A stretch of DNA of 64,000 nucleotides. Origin: Thecamonas trahens ATCC 50062 (taxonomy: Eukaryota > Protista > Apusomonadida). Every line of letters starts with the position of its first letter. Position 1 is the stretch's first letter. Positions 28,502-38,706 of the stretch are shown one piece after another. A program made the translations under genes and the position numbers. Where the stretch lies: NCBI RefSeq assembly GCF_000142905.1, contig NW_013657658.1, positions 1-64,000 of the forward strand. The letters are read 5' to 3'. The notes beneath the pieces are model-generated. The model had not been told where the DNA came from, ran no database searches, and saw only the letters and a program-made list of their open reading frames with translations.

Positions 28502-31500
28502 CACGCCTGAGCCCCGCCCTCGCCCTGGCTCCGCAGATGCTCGATGAGGCTAGCCAGCGCCTGCCGCTGCGCCGCCAGTCCCTCGCGGGTCTGCACCCCG
28601 GTCTTGAGCGCGTCGACCGAGTGCATCGCGTCGTCGACTGCTGCCCGGGCCTCGCGCTCTACCGCCGCCAGATGCTGCGCCCGTTGCTCGTTGTACGCAT
28701 ACCAGTTGGCCTGCCGGCTGGTAGCCGCGGCCTTGAGTCGCGCCACGGCGTCCAGCAGCTCGCGCTGCTTGGCGTTGTGGTCGGTAGCGACTCGTGCCAG
28801 TTCGGCCCGGCTCGCCTCGAGCGCCTCTTCGAGCTCGCGGACACGCGATGGCGTGTCGTGCCCGCCGCCGCTGCCGTCGTCATCGCCGATGCTTGCCTCG
28901 AGACGTGCCAGTTGCGCGTTGAGCCGGGCAATCGTCTTCTCCAGCGCTGCAATCTGTAGCTCCTTGGCCTCACAGCCGTTGCAGGTAACACTACCGTCCT
29001 CATCTCCCTCGGCCGCCTCGGCGTCGGCCGCTGCGGTCTCCAGCTCGCGCTGCAGCTTGGCCGCCAGCGCACGGGCGTCGTCTCGCTCGCGCTCCAGCTG
29101 AGCTACGCGACCCGGCGCCGCATTTTCGTCGGCACTGGGGCTGCTCGCCGCTCGCGCGCTCGCCTGTGCCAGCGCAGACTCGCTTAGACTGCGGTCGGCT
29201 TGGAGTAGCTCAATCAGATTGCGCTGCTCGCGGAGCTCCGACTCGAGGCCGGCGATGCGGTCGGCATCGGAAGCGCTTGCCGCACGGGCCTTGCTCAGCT
29301 CCTCGGTGAGCGCGGTGACGGTCGGGCCGAGGTCTTGCGCAGGTGCCACTGCTGACGGCGACTCGCTCTCGCCTCCGCTCTTCGACAATGGCTGCGCTGC
29401 CTGCAGTGCCTCTAGTTTGGCTTCGGCTTCGTCGCGGCTGCGGGTGACGATTGCCACCTGCTTTTGCAGCGAGTCGATGGTCTGCTGCAGAGCTGCCAGG
29501 TCGGCATCAGCGCCAGCGCGGCTAGCCCGGTCAGCCGCTGCAACCTGGCTCCGCAGCTCGGCAATAGTCTCGCGCAGCGTCGCAATGTGCTGCTCCAGTG
29601 CAGCGTTTTCAGCGGCCATGAGCGCGAGTTCGGGTATCGCCGCCGGAGGCGTGACCTGCCGAGGTGGCGACGCTGTCGGCGATTGGGCTGCAACCCGCGC
29701 CTCGCGCTTGGCAGCCGCAAGCTCTTCGCGGAGTGCTTCCAGCTCGGCGGCGGTAGCGAGCGCCTGGGCCGGTGACCTGGGGGCAGCGCGGGCGTTGGCG
29801 GCATCAGCGAGTGCTGCGTCGCGCGAGGCCTTGACAACGTCCAGCTGCTCCCGGAGTGCGTCGAGCTCGTCGGAGCGGGCGGCGTGGAGCTTGCCGATGT
29901 GGTCTTCAAGGGCGGTGACCTGGGCAGCAGCTGACGCGGCCTCGGCGCGGGCGGCGTCGCGGCTCTGCTGCGCGACGGCAACCTGCTCGCGGAGCGCGTC
30001 GAGCTCAACGGTTCGCGACGCGCGAAGGCTCGCCATCTGGTCCTCGACGGCAGCGACCTGGCTGCGGGCGGAAGCGGCCTCGGCGAGCGCGGCATCGCGG
30101 CTCTGCTGAACAACCACAAGTTGCTCGTGGAGCGCGGCGGCGCGGGCGGTGTCACGACTCTGGTTGAGAACATCGACTTCGCTGCGGAGCGAGGCCGCCC
30201 GGGACGCGGCGTTGACATGGGCGTCGGCGTGGGCGCGCGCAACTGTGAGCTCGGCATGGGCAGCATCGCGCGAGGCGTAGGCAGCGGTGAGTTGCTCGCG
30301 GAGCGCATCAAGCTCGTCGCTCCGCTCGCGCCGCGCAGCTGTGAGTCGGGCCTCGGCTGCCGTCGCCTGGCTACGCGCGGCGGCGACGTCGGCAACTGCG
30401 GCGTCGCGCGAGGTCTTGACAACCGCCAGCTGCTCACGCAGCGCGTCGAGCTCGGCGGCGTGCGCAGCGCGGAGCTCGGCGGCATGGTCCTCGAGCGTAA
30501 TGATTTGTGCGCGGAGTGAGGCGGTCGATGTGGCGGCCTCGACCGAGCTCAGTGCCGCTGCCGATGCCGGATGCTCGCGAACGGCGGCGAGCTGTTCGGC
30601 AAGCGCCTCGTTCTCGGCATGGAGGACGGCCGAGTGTGCTTCGGCCGCTGCCGCCGCCGCCGCCGCCGCCTGGAGCTGGTCGGCAAGTGCCTTGTTCTCG
30701 GCGCGGAGGTCGACGGCGGCGCCAGACTCTAGCTTGCGCAGCTGGGCATGAAGCGAGTCGATCTCGGACTGGGCTTCGGCCAGCTGGGCCTCGACATGCT
30801 GCGCAGCGAGCGGGATGGGCGCCGGCGAGGGCGACGCCGAGCGTCCGGCGAGGACTCGGCGCTTGGCGGCAGCGAGCTCTGCGGCAGAGGCCGTCCGCAT
30901 GCGGGCAACGTCACCGGGCACTTGCAGCTGAACCCCCTGGGCGGCAGCCTCCTCGATGTCTGCCAGCCACATCTCACGGATGTGCATGTTCTGTCGGCGG
31001 AGCTCTTCGTTCTCGTACATGAGGTCCTCGAGAACAAGGCCCGACGTGTGGGGGCCGCCCGAGGCCGCGTGATCGAGCGAGGTCGATGCATTGCGGAGAG
31101 CATGCAGATGCATCTCCAGGCCCTCGATGACGCCGCGCTGCTCGGTGACCAGAGCACGATAGGCGTCGAGTGTGTCGTCTGCCGACGCCTCCAGCTGCTC
31201 CAGCGACAAGCCCCGAGCCGGCGCAGACGCAGCCAGCAGACTCATATGCGCAGCGTGTGTCTCTTCCCTTGCCAACCGCTTCGATCGCCGCACCTCGCGG
31301 GCAAGGCCGTCTAGCTCGCCCTGAACAGCCACACAGGCCAGATCCAGCAGCTGGACCGCCTGAGGCGGGAGATCAGGCGATGTTGTCAGATGAGCCTTGA
31401 CATGAGCCAGAAGTCTTGCCGCAGCCTCAGCCAGCAGTCCATCCTCAGGCGCAGCGTCCATACCGGCAAAGATCAGCTGACACAAGAGCGTGAGCAGCGA

Positions 31501-31683
31501 GGCATGGACCGCTGACGACCTCGCCACCACATCCGTCAGCGCACTCAGGACAGACCGCGCCCCTGTATTGGTCTCGCTAGCCGCCACCAGTTCCTCCACA
31601 GCATCCTCCAGCTGGCTCTGCTCGCCGTCGACCTGTTCTGCCGTCGTCCGTAGCCATGCTGTTAGCGTTGCGGCCGGGAACAT
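28498..31683 (-). CDS. Long coiled-coil protein; probably the 3' exon of the upstream SH3 gene
   Basis: About 1000 aa of Ala/Glu-rich heptads with internal ELDALREQL...SRDAA repeats. GCTAAC branch point and a CAG acceptor at ~31634 fit a phase-0 intron from donor GTACCG at ~31862. Confidence 0.75.
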   Translation of the reverse strand: MFPAATLTAWLRTTAEQVDGEQSQLEDAVEELVAASETNTGARSVLSALTDVVARSSAVHASLLTLLCQLIFAGMDAAPEDGLLAEAAARLLAHVKAHLTTSPDLPPQAVQLLDLACVAVQGELDGLAREVRRSKRLAREETHAAHMSLLAASAPARGLSLEQLEASADDTLDAYRALVTEQRGVIEGLEMHLHALRNASTSLDHAASGGPHTSGLVLEDLMYENEELRRQNMHIREMWLADIEEAAAQGVQLQVPGDVARMRTASAAELAAAKRRVLAGRSASPSPAPIPLAAQHVEAQLAEAQSEIDSLHAQLRKLESGAAVDLRAENKALADQLQAAAAAAAAAEAHSAVLHAENEALAEQLAAVREHPASAAALSSVEAATSTASLRAQIITLEDHAAELRAAHAAELDALREQLAVVKTSRDAAVADVAAARSQATAAEARLTAARRERSDELDALREQLTAAYASRDAAHAELTVARAHADAHVNAASRAASLRSEVDVLNQSRDTARAAALHEQLVVVQQSRDAALAEAASARSQVAAVEDQMASLRASRTVELDALREQVAVAQQSRDAARAEAASAAAQVTALEDHIGKLHAARSDELDALREQLDVVKASRDAALADAANARAAPRSPAQALATAAELEALREELAAAKREARVAAQSPTASPPRQVTPPAAIPELALMAAENAALEQHIATLRETIAELRSQVAAADRASRAGADADLAALQQTIDSLQKQVAIVTRSRDEAEAKLEALQAAQPLSKSGGESESPSAVAPAQDLGPTVTALTEELSKARAASASDADRIAGLESELREQRNLIELLQADRSLSESALAQASARAASSPSADENAAPGRVAQLERERDDARALAAKLQRELETAAADAEAAEGDEDGSVTCNGCEAKELQIAALEKTIARLNAQLARLEASIGDDDGSGGGHDTPSRVRELEEALEASRAELARVATDHNAKQRELLDAVARLKAAATSRQANWYAYNEQRAQHLAAVEREARAAVDDAMHSVDALKTGVQTREGLAAQRQALASLIEHLRSQGEGGAQAC

Positions 31684-31823
31684 GGGGCAGGGGGGGGGGG
31701 GGAGGGAGGGGGAGGGGGTCCGTTGGCCGGGCGACGAGTGGTGGCGGCCGAGTGGGCGGGTCGGGCAGGGGGGGGGGGGGGGATGGCGGTTGGCCAAGGG
31801 AGGGTGTAATTGAGGATTGGCTA

Positions 31824-32738
31824 TCATGTTCGCCGCCGATTAGGTGTGGGTGTGGTCGGTACCCGCGGCTTGGGTGGTGGCCCGGTCGGGATGGGTGGTG
31901 GTGGCGCAGCGGATCCAGAGCCAGAGCTTGATCCAGAGCCTGAGCTTGATCCAGAGCTCGAGCTCGAGCCAGATCCAGAGCTAGAGCCAGAGCCAGATCC
32001 AGAGCTCGACGACGCGTCAAGCTGAATGGCTTCGCGCTTGACTGGTCGTGCAGGCGGTGGCCGCATGGCCGGTGATGCCGGATACAGCTCGCGCGCTGCT
32101 GGATGCGCCGCACGATCTGCGCTGCTGTCTCGCCGGCCAACAGCCACCGGCTCAGAGACTGAGGCTCGCCGCCGGGACACCGACGAGCGCCGACGCGGCG
32201 GCGGCGCACTCTGTGGAGGCTGGGTCTCTGAAGCAGCCGTGGCGTCGCCCTCGCCCTCGTCCTCGGCGGTGGCGTCACATCGGCTGTCGGTCATCGGGCT
32301 CAGGACCTCGACGTCCTCCACATAGTTTGCCGGAAAGATGCCCTCGGCGCCGTTGACGTCGACGCCACGGAGCCAGAGGCCAAGATCACCGGTGACATTG
32401 ATGACTTGGCCGGCAACCAAGCTCAGCTCGCCGTCGTAGTCTGCCGGACAGGTGAACAAGGCGCGGACTCTTCTCTGCGGCGCGAGCCGGACAGGCGATC
32501 CCGTCGCCAGACTCACAGCCGATCCAAACGAGGCCAGCGGCGGCGGGAACTGGCGGAGATCGCGAGCCATGGCTGCCACCGTCTCCGGCGAGAAAAAGCC
32601 TGCGACGGCCAAAGGCAAATCCGCGTGGATAACCTTGTTCAGCGAGTGGCCCACAAAATGAGCCACTACATCCAGATCGTTGCTCTTTCTCCCAGCATAC
32701 GCCCCCGCCAGGTGGTTGGCCAGTTCTTCTTCCTCCAT
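31824..32738 (-). CDS. SH3-domain protein (first exon) with Ser/Gly and Pro-rich linker
   Basis: VRALF-C-AD-DGELSL-AGQVI-V..WLRG..G-EGIFPANYVE is a canonical SH3 domain. Confidence 0.85.
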   Translation of the reverse strand: MEEEELANHLAGAYAGRKSNDLDVVAHFVGHSLNKVIHADLPLAVAGFFSPETVAAMARDLRQFPPPLASFGSAVSLATGSPVRLAPQRRVRALFTCPADYDGELSLVAGQVINVTGDLGLWLRGVDVNGAEGIFPANYVEDVEVLSPMTDSRCDATAEDEGEGDATAASETQPPQSAPPPRRRSSVSRRRASVSEPVAVGRRDSSADRAAHPAARELYPASPAMRPPPARPVKREAIQLDASSSSGSGSGSSSGSGSSSSSGSSSGSGSSSGSGSAAPPPPIPTGPPPKPRVPTTPTPNRRRT

Positions 32739-33075
32739 CCCAGGCACCACCGATGACAGCGAGCCAGCCGCCAATCCCAGACCCGCCCCGCACCGCCTTC
32801 GCTCGCACCGAGCATGGTTGACCACCAGCGACTCGGCCGCCGACTTTGCCGTCGCCTCTATCCCGCCATCCTCAATCACTCCTTGCTCCTCTTCCATTCT
32901 GCTATACAACCTCTGATTAGGTATGCGTCAAGTGGTGGCTGTTGCAGCCGAGCTTGGCTGCCACCGGGGGCGGGTGTGGATGCGGCTGTGGCTGCGGGCT
33001 TTCTCCCTGTCCCGGCGGCTGTTCGCGGCAATGACAGGCTGTGTTCACTTCCTCGCACTCCCGTGACTGCGAGCA

Positions 33076-36000
33076 TCACACAAAGTATACGCTCAGCTCG
33101 AGCTCGCCGTGGATCCGCTGGCTACGACGCTCCTCCCCCACCTTGAGCTCAAATCGACGGCGACGGTAGCCGCCGGTGGCCGCAGGGATGGAGGCGAGGC
33201 TGATGTCGAGCTCGCCCATGTAGTCGTTGGACGAGAAGCGGTCCCAGTCCCAGACGACGATCTGGATGCACGAGTCCGGGTTGAGGAACGGGCCCGGCCA
33301 GCAGACCTGGAACTCCCACACCGGCTCGAGCGACTTTTTGATGACCTTGGTCTGAGCGACGTAGTCGCCGAGGCGGACGACGCAGAACGGGTCAGACTTG
33401 CCGAACCGGTCGCGCTTGACCAGGTTATGGCCCGAGTGGATGGTGACGATGATTGCGGCAGCCTTGGTCATTGACGCCTCGAGGTTGTGAATGGCGGAGA
33501 TCTCCTCGACCGCGTCTTCCCATGTGATGGCCTCGACGGGCTCGGCGCGCGGGTCGAGGAAGCGGAACAGGTAGTTCTTGCCGAGGAAGATGCGGTCGCC
33601 CGAGGCAAGCGTCACGGTCTTGTCAAAGTCGACCATGATGCCGTTGACGTACGTCGCCGAGCCGGGCTCATTAATGAGGCTAACGACGCCGTTCTTGTTG
33701 CGAAAGGTGCAGTGCCGCGAGTCAATGCCGTCGCCCTTGAGCACAATGGTCGAGCCGTAGGCTTGCCCGACCACGGTCTCGCCGTCCTCGACGACAAACA
33801 GGAGGTTGGCGTCGAGCGACGGGTCGACCGAAAGGTTGACCAGCCGCGGCTTGTTGTCGATGTCGAGCATCGAGTCGAGCCCACCAAGTGAGATGCCGGC
33901 GTTCTCCAGTACGTCGTGCCGCAGCGCCTCGATGCGCTCGGCTTTGGCCGCCTTGGCCGAGATCGGCTCGTTGAGCTCCAGCAAGACCTCCTGGTTCAGT
34001 TCCAGGTTGCCGAGCAGGACCGACATCTCGTCGTCGTCGAGTGCAAAGTCGTTAAAGGTGACTGTCGAGACAACCGACGACCGCCGCTGCATTCGGCGGT
34101 TGTCGGAGCCGGACGCGCCGCTCGCCATGCCCGACGACGCTGCCGGCGGCGGCCCACCGCGTTCGCGCCCGCCGCGCCGCCGCTCGCCGAGCTCGGTCTC
34201 CAGCCGCGAGATCTCGGCCCGTAGGTTGGCGATGAGCTCGTCCTTGGGTGAGACGTTCTTGCGGACAATGTTGATGACCGACTTGGCCCGCTGCGCAAAG
34301 CGGAGCGTCGAGATCGACTCCTTAAAATTGGACGACGCCGGCGAGATGGCGGCGAGCATGACCGTCCGCGAGTTGCCGCCGAGCGACTCTTGAAGCAGTC
34401 GCGTGAGGACCGACTCGCGGTATGGGACAAACTTCTTGTGCGACGAGAGTGCGTTGATAACGGCGCCTAACGCCGAGAGCGACTTGTTGATGTGGACAGC
34501 CTCCTTGAAGCGGAGGCCCTCGGCCTGCGTGTTCGACTGTCGCTCCGAGCCGGCGAGGTCGACCAGGTTGATTTTGGAGGTGACCCGGGTCTCCGACGAG
34601 CCGCTGCCCGACTCGTCGGCCTCGCCCGACCCGCGCGCCGACTCGTCATCGCCGCCGGCCTCGTGCACAATGCGGGTGACAAAGACGGTGAGGACCGAGT
34701 GCGACCGCGACGAGGTCTTGTTCATGGCCGTCGCCGCCACTGCACGGATCTTGTTGCCCTCGGTCATGCACTTGTGAATGTCGGCGTAAGACGAGACAAG
34801 CACCTTGGAGAGGCCCTGCACAAAGATGCCCATCGTCGCCGACTCGCGGACCTTGAGCTCCTCTTCTGACTGCGGATTGAGCAAATCGGTGATGGCGTCA
34901 TTGTAGATCTCCAGAAATGAGGTCTCGATGACGTACGAGACGGACTCGCCGAGCTCAACGCCCGGCGCCGATGCCCGCTGCGCCTGCAGCGCGTTGGCCG
35001 CCCGCACCCGCGCAAACAGCTCCTGCATGCCCAGTGGGATGATGCCTGGCGCCGACACTGTGCCCGTCATGGTGTGCGTCTTGCCGGCGCCGGTCTGCCC
35101 GTACGCAAAGATCGAGGCGTTGTACCCGGCCCATGCGTTGTCGAGGTAGAACTTGCCCAGCTCGCTGAAAATCGTCTCGTTGTTGGCGTAGTTGGGCTCC
35201 GACGGCGTCACGCTCGAATCGTAGCAGTAGTCAAAGAGAAAGGTCTTGCGCCCGCGCCGCGGATCGTCGTGCGGGTCCGTAATCACGCACTCTTGCCCCA
35301 GCATCGTCACGCACGACGCCGCCCCGAGCGCGTGCTCGCGGTCGTTGAGCGGCCGGACCCGGACCGCGACCTTGACTCGCTGCTGCCGCGGGCCGCGCGC
35401 CCGCGCAGACGTCGTCATGCACGTCCGGTCCGTGAGGACCGACCGCTCAGACGGTGCTGCCGACGACGACGTCGACCGCCACGACGCCCGCGACACCAGC
35501 GAGTTTCCTGTCCGCGAGCTCCGTCGTGGGCCCGACGCCGGCAGTCCCGGGCTGCTGAATCCGCCGCTTGTTAGGCTCCCGACGTTGTCGTATGCCTCGT
35601 TGTTCGAATCCAACTCCGCCGCCAAACCCCCGCCGCCACCTACTCGCCGCGCGTAACTGCTGCTCGCCAAGCTCCCCACGCTATCGTGCGCCTCGCTGTA
35701 GCGGTCGAGCCCCGCCGGCGGTGACGACGGCTTGGGTGTCGGCGTCGGCGTCGACGAGCCGACCGATCGCCGTGACGACGTGACTCGCGAGAGCCGCTCC
35801 GACCGGGCCTCCCGCCGGCGACGGTACTCATCCAGCCGCGACGACCGTTCGCCCGTCGCCGACTCTGCCTGCCTCCCGGCCCCGCCGTGGTGGTCAGCCA
35901 AGCCAGCCGCAGCAGCAGCGCCGCGGCCGTCTCGGCCTTTGTACTGGTGATCATACCCCTGATCGTCATAGTACTCGGTGGCCCTCGGATCAGGCGCCCA

Positions 36001-36237
36001 CGACAGCCGCTTCGAGCTCGTCGATGACGCCAACGAGTACTGCGAGGAGACCCTTGAGGGAAAGTGCGACCTTGATCCAGGGTCGACTCCATCGTCTTCA
36101 GCCATGACACTCCTTCGTGAGCTCCTCCGACTTGGCCGACTTCCTCTCGCACCTCCTTGCCTCGCTCCGCTGCTCCTTCTCGACGACGACCGCTGACTGC
36201 TCCGCGACGACAACGCCGCCGGTCTATGGTGCGACAT
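33076..36237 (-). CDS. Kinesin-3-like motor with FHA and C-terminal C2 domain
   Basis: VKVAVRVRP, FAYGQTGAGKT, SFLEIYN, SSRSH, LVDLAGSER, VPYRESVLT-LL-ESLGGNS-T. FHA: LVNL..G-T-VG..I-L-G-GI-SRHC..VNG..L-SGDRI-LG. C2: DRFGKSDPF..WDWDRFSSNDYMG. Confidence 0.95.
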   Translation of the reverse strand: MSHHRPAALSSRSSQRSSSRRSSGARQGGARGSRPSRRSSRRSVMAEDDGVDPGSRSHFPSRVSSQYSLASSTSSKRLSWAPDPRATEYYDDQGYDHQYKGRDGRGAAAAAGLADHHGGAGRQAESATGERSSRLDEYRRRREARSERLSRVTSSRRSVGSSTPTPTPKPSSPPAGLDRYSEAHDSVGSLASSSYARRVGGGGGLAAELDSNNEAYDNVGSLTSGGFSSPGLPASGPRRSSRTGNSLVSRASWRSTSSSAAPSERSVLTDRTCMTTSARARGPRQQRVKVAVRVRPLNDREHALGAASCVTMLGQECVITDPHDDPRRGRKTFLFDYCYDSSVTPSEPNYANNETIFSELGKFYLDNAWAGYNASIFAYGQTGAGKTHTMTGTVSAPGIIPLGMQELFARVRAANALQAQRASAPGVELGESVSYVIETSFLEIYNDAITDLLNPQSEEELKVRESATMGIFVQGLSKVLVSSYADIHKCMTEGNKIRAVAATAMNKTSSRSHSVLTVFVTRIVHEAGGDDESARGSGEADESGSGSSETRVTSKINLVDLAGSERQSNTQAEGLRFKEAVHINKSLSALGAVINALSSHKKFVPYRESVLTRLLQESLGGNSRTVMLAAISPASSNFKESISTLRFAQRAKSVINIVRKNVSPKDELIANLRAEISRLETELGERRRGGRERGGPPPAASSGMASGASGSDNRRMQRRSSVVSTVTFNDFALDDDEMSVLLGNLELNQEVLLELNEPISAKAAKAERIEALRHDVLENAGISLGGLDSMLDIDNKPRLVNLSVDPSLDANLLFVVEDGETVVGQAYGSTIVLKGDGIDSRHCTFRNKNGVVSLINEPGSATYVNGIMVDFDKTVTLASGDRIFLGKNYLFRFLDPRAEPVEAITWEDAVEEISAIHNLEASMTKAAAIIVTIHSGHNLVKRDRFGKSDPFCVVRLGDYVAQTKVIKKSLEPVWEFQVCWPGPFLNPDSCIQIVVWDWDRFSSNDYMGELDISLASIPAATGGYRRRRFELKVGEERRSQRIHGELELSVYFV

Positions 36238-37200
36238 GCCGTTCCCTCGCTTGCCCCTGCCTGCTCCCTTCTCCTCCTCCCGAGAGTGCTGTTGGACTTC
36301 CCGTTTTTCTGCCTCTCCTTGCCGCCTTGCTCCTCGCCTTGCCCCGAGTGAACGCCATTGGAACGGCACGCCCCGCCCGCCCGCCCCCCTCCTCCCCCAT
36401 TAGCAAGCCCATCCATGTCCGATTGCGATGCCTTTTCATCCATCGAGCAGCATGGTACCATCGATGGGGATGAGAAGAGGCAAGGACTGTGATTGGATGG
36501 GTGATGAGGCATGGATTGTGTGTGCTCTGGTGGTGGTGCGTGGGGAAGGCGGGGGAAGCGGGGAGCGCTACCATGGCAGGGACAAGGCAAACGTGGGCTG
36601 GGCGCGCGCGTGTTTGCACTCATTGCTGCAAAGGTGGAAAAATTTGTACAATCCAATCGACACCCCCCACCCACACACACACCCCACACACCCCCCCACA
36701 CACACCAACACTCACATCATCAAAACATACACATACACACACTCACACACATACACATACTGCCCCTCTGGCCACACTCTATTCCAAAATCCACAACCAC
36801 GATCGCGAGCTTAAAGCGATTGCAAGCAATCAGACTCACACTCAATCTAACCCTGCACAACAACACACAACACACAACACACAACACACAACACACAACA
36901 CACATGCCCATCTACCCACCCAAAGACTTGGGCAACTTGATGCGCTGTCATGATGCGGCGACCATGAGGCGCGGATGGGGAAAAAACGCCCAAAGCGGTC
37001 AAAACGAGCCACGAGTCGCCCAACTCAACCCGATTCGCCCACTTTCGCCACTCCTACTGCTTCCATTGTGCCTTTCACGTTCGTTTCTTCGTAGCAAACG
37101 CCACCCTCCTCTCGTCCTCGTTCCTTCCTTCCCCCCCCCCTCCCCTCCCCCTCTCCCTCTCCCCCTCCCCTTCTTCCTCCTCCCCCCGTTACATCGCCCG

Positions 37201-38484
37201 ATGAAGATCCGCACACCGCTCAAGGTAAGCCGGCGGAAAGAGTTGTGATGGTCGTGAGAAGGTTATATCGCCATCCTCCCCACCCCCCACCCCTTCCCCC
37301 CCCCTCGGCCACCATCGCATGCTTGGAACACCCCGTGGCAAGCGTGCGACTTGGAACGTCTCGCCAATGATTGGATGACATTGACTGTTATTTGATTCGA
37401 TGATTATGATGCGGTTGTTTGCGGAACGAAAGCGGCCGTTTTTTAACCGCCGCCCGTTCGACGACTAGCGAGGCCAGGCCATACCCGTTTGGCCGGATAT
37501 GTGAGCTTGTGAGCACTTTGTTGCGCGGATCCTATGTTTGAGCACTTCTACACGCTCGCCATCTTTCCCCTTCCCTTCTGTCGGCCTCCGTCCCCTCGGT
37601 TGCCTTCTTGCAACGTCACACGCCGGTGGCTGCGTTCGATGGAAGGAAGGATGATGGTACTCCAAATGGTCAATGTGTTGATTACTTGCCCTTGCAACAT
37701 TGTTGCACCAAGTCAACGGCTTTTGGTGCGGTCATTTTTGCCGCTTTTGTCGTCGCTCCCGCGCGTGCTGCTCCCGCGGCAGCAGCCTTGCAGTCTTCCA
37801 TCCTCTCAGAAGCTTATGAATGGGCAGGATCATGGGCTGCATCCGAGAAGCGCTAGCTCTTTCGCTCCGGCGGCTGTGGCCGGCGGGTTGAAGACCCGGA
37901 TGGATGGCCACTTCCAAGGTCGCGGAGCAATTGTTCTTTACAGTTGCGGAGCCTTTTTTTTCGGGCGCCAACCCTTGCCACATTACGGCTCGGCGCGTGG
38001 TGGCAACGAACAATCCATCGATGATGGGGACTCACTGTTGTGGCATGGAATGATGGGGCGGCCAACAACAATGCAGACTCGCTGCTCAGAATCGTACGGG
38101 CAGTTCCAATGCACATACCCTTCGTGCCACGCGAGCTTCTCGAGCCGACTGGCGGAGAAGATGCACCGGGCCGAGTCGCACCCGCCGCGGCAGACGCATC
38201 ACGATGCTGAGCTCCTGCACAAGTACATCCGCCGGTTCCAGTGCACGGGATCGGGCGGCAAGCCGTTTGGCCAGGGCCCGCTCGCCTCGTACCGCACCTC
38301 GTGGTGCGGCGGCATGGTCAACATGGCTGCGTTGCAGAGCAAGCCGTCGGAGCAGTCGATCTCGTTTGTCTGCCCCTGCCCGGGCTGCGGCTACTCTGCG
38401 CCCTCGTCCGAGGACCTCATCCAGCACCACCACTACGCCCACACCCACCAGCATGCCGAGCCGAGCTCTGTCGCCTGCTCATAG
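37201..38484 (+). CDS. C2H2 zinc-finger protein, four exons (37201-37224, 37469-37500, 37857-~37918, ~38090-38484)
   Basis: FQCTYPSCHASF......MH----H and FVCPCPGCGYS...LIQH---AH fingers. Donors GTAAGC, GTGAGC, GTCGCG and acceptors CTAG, CTAG, TCAG are phase-consistent. Confidence 0.7.
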
Positions 38485-38706
38485 ACTTGCTGGTCTGGGT
38501 GTCGAGGCGTGGGCGCTCTGGACGCGCTAGATGCCGCAAGGCGTGGCCAAACTGCCGCCAGCCAGCTGCTGCAACGCTGCTGCTCTGGCGTCGCACCGTG
38601 CCCCTTGTTTTGTTTGTACTCGATGTGATGCTCGTACCTGTGTGCGCTAGAGGTTGACCAGTACATGAAAGAAGTCTCTGCCTGGAGCCCCGCGAGAGCC
38701 CGATGC

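Noticed and set aside
31912-32022. Repetitive GAGCCAGATCCA-type tract resembling a synthetic GS linker
   Set aside because: It is an in-frame natural Ser/Gly low-complexity linker in the SH3 protein, with no vector context.
37364-37374. CCAATGATTGG palindrome as a double CCAAT-box promoter
   Set aside because: It falls inside predicted intron 1 of the zinc-finger gene and is short enough to occur by chance.
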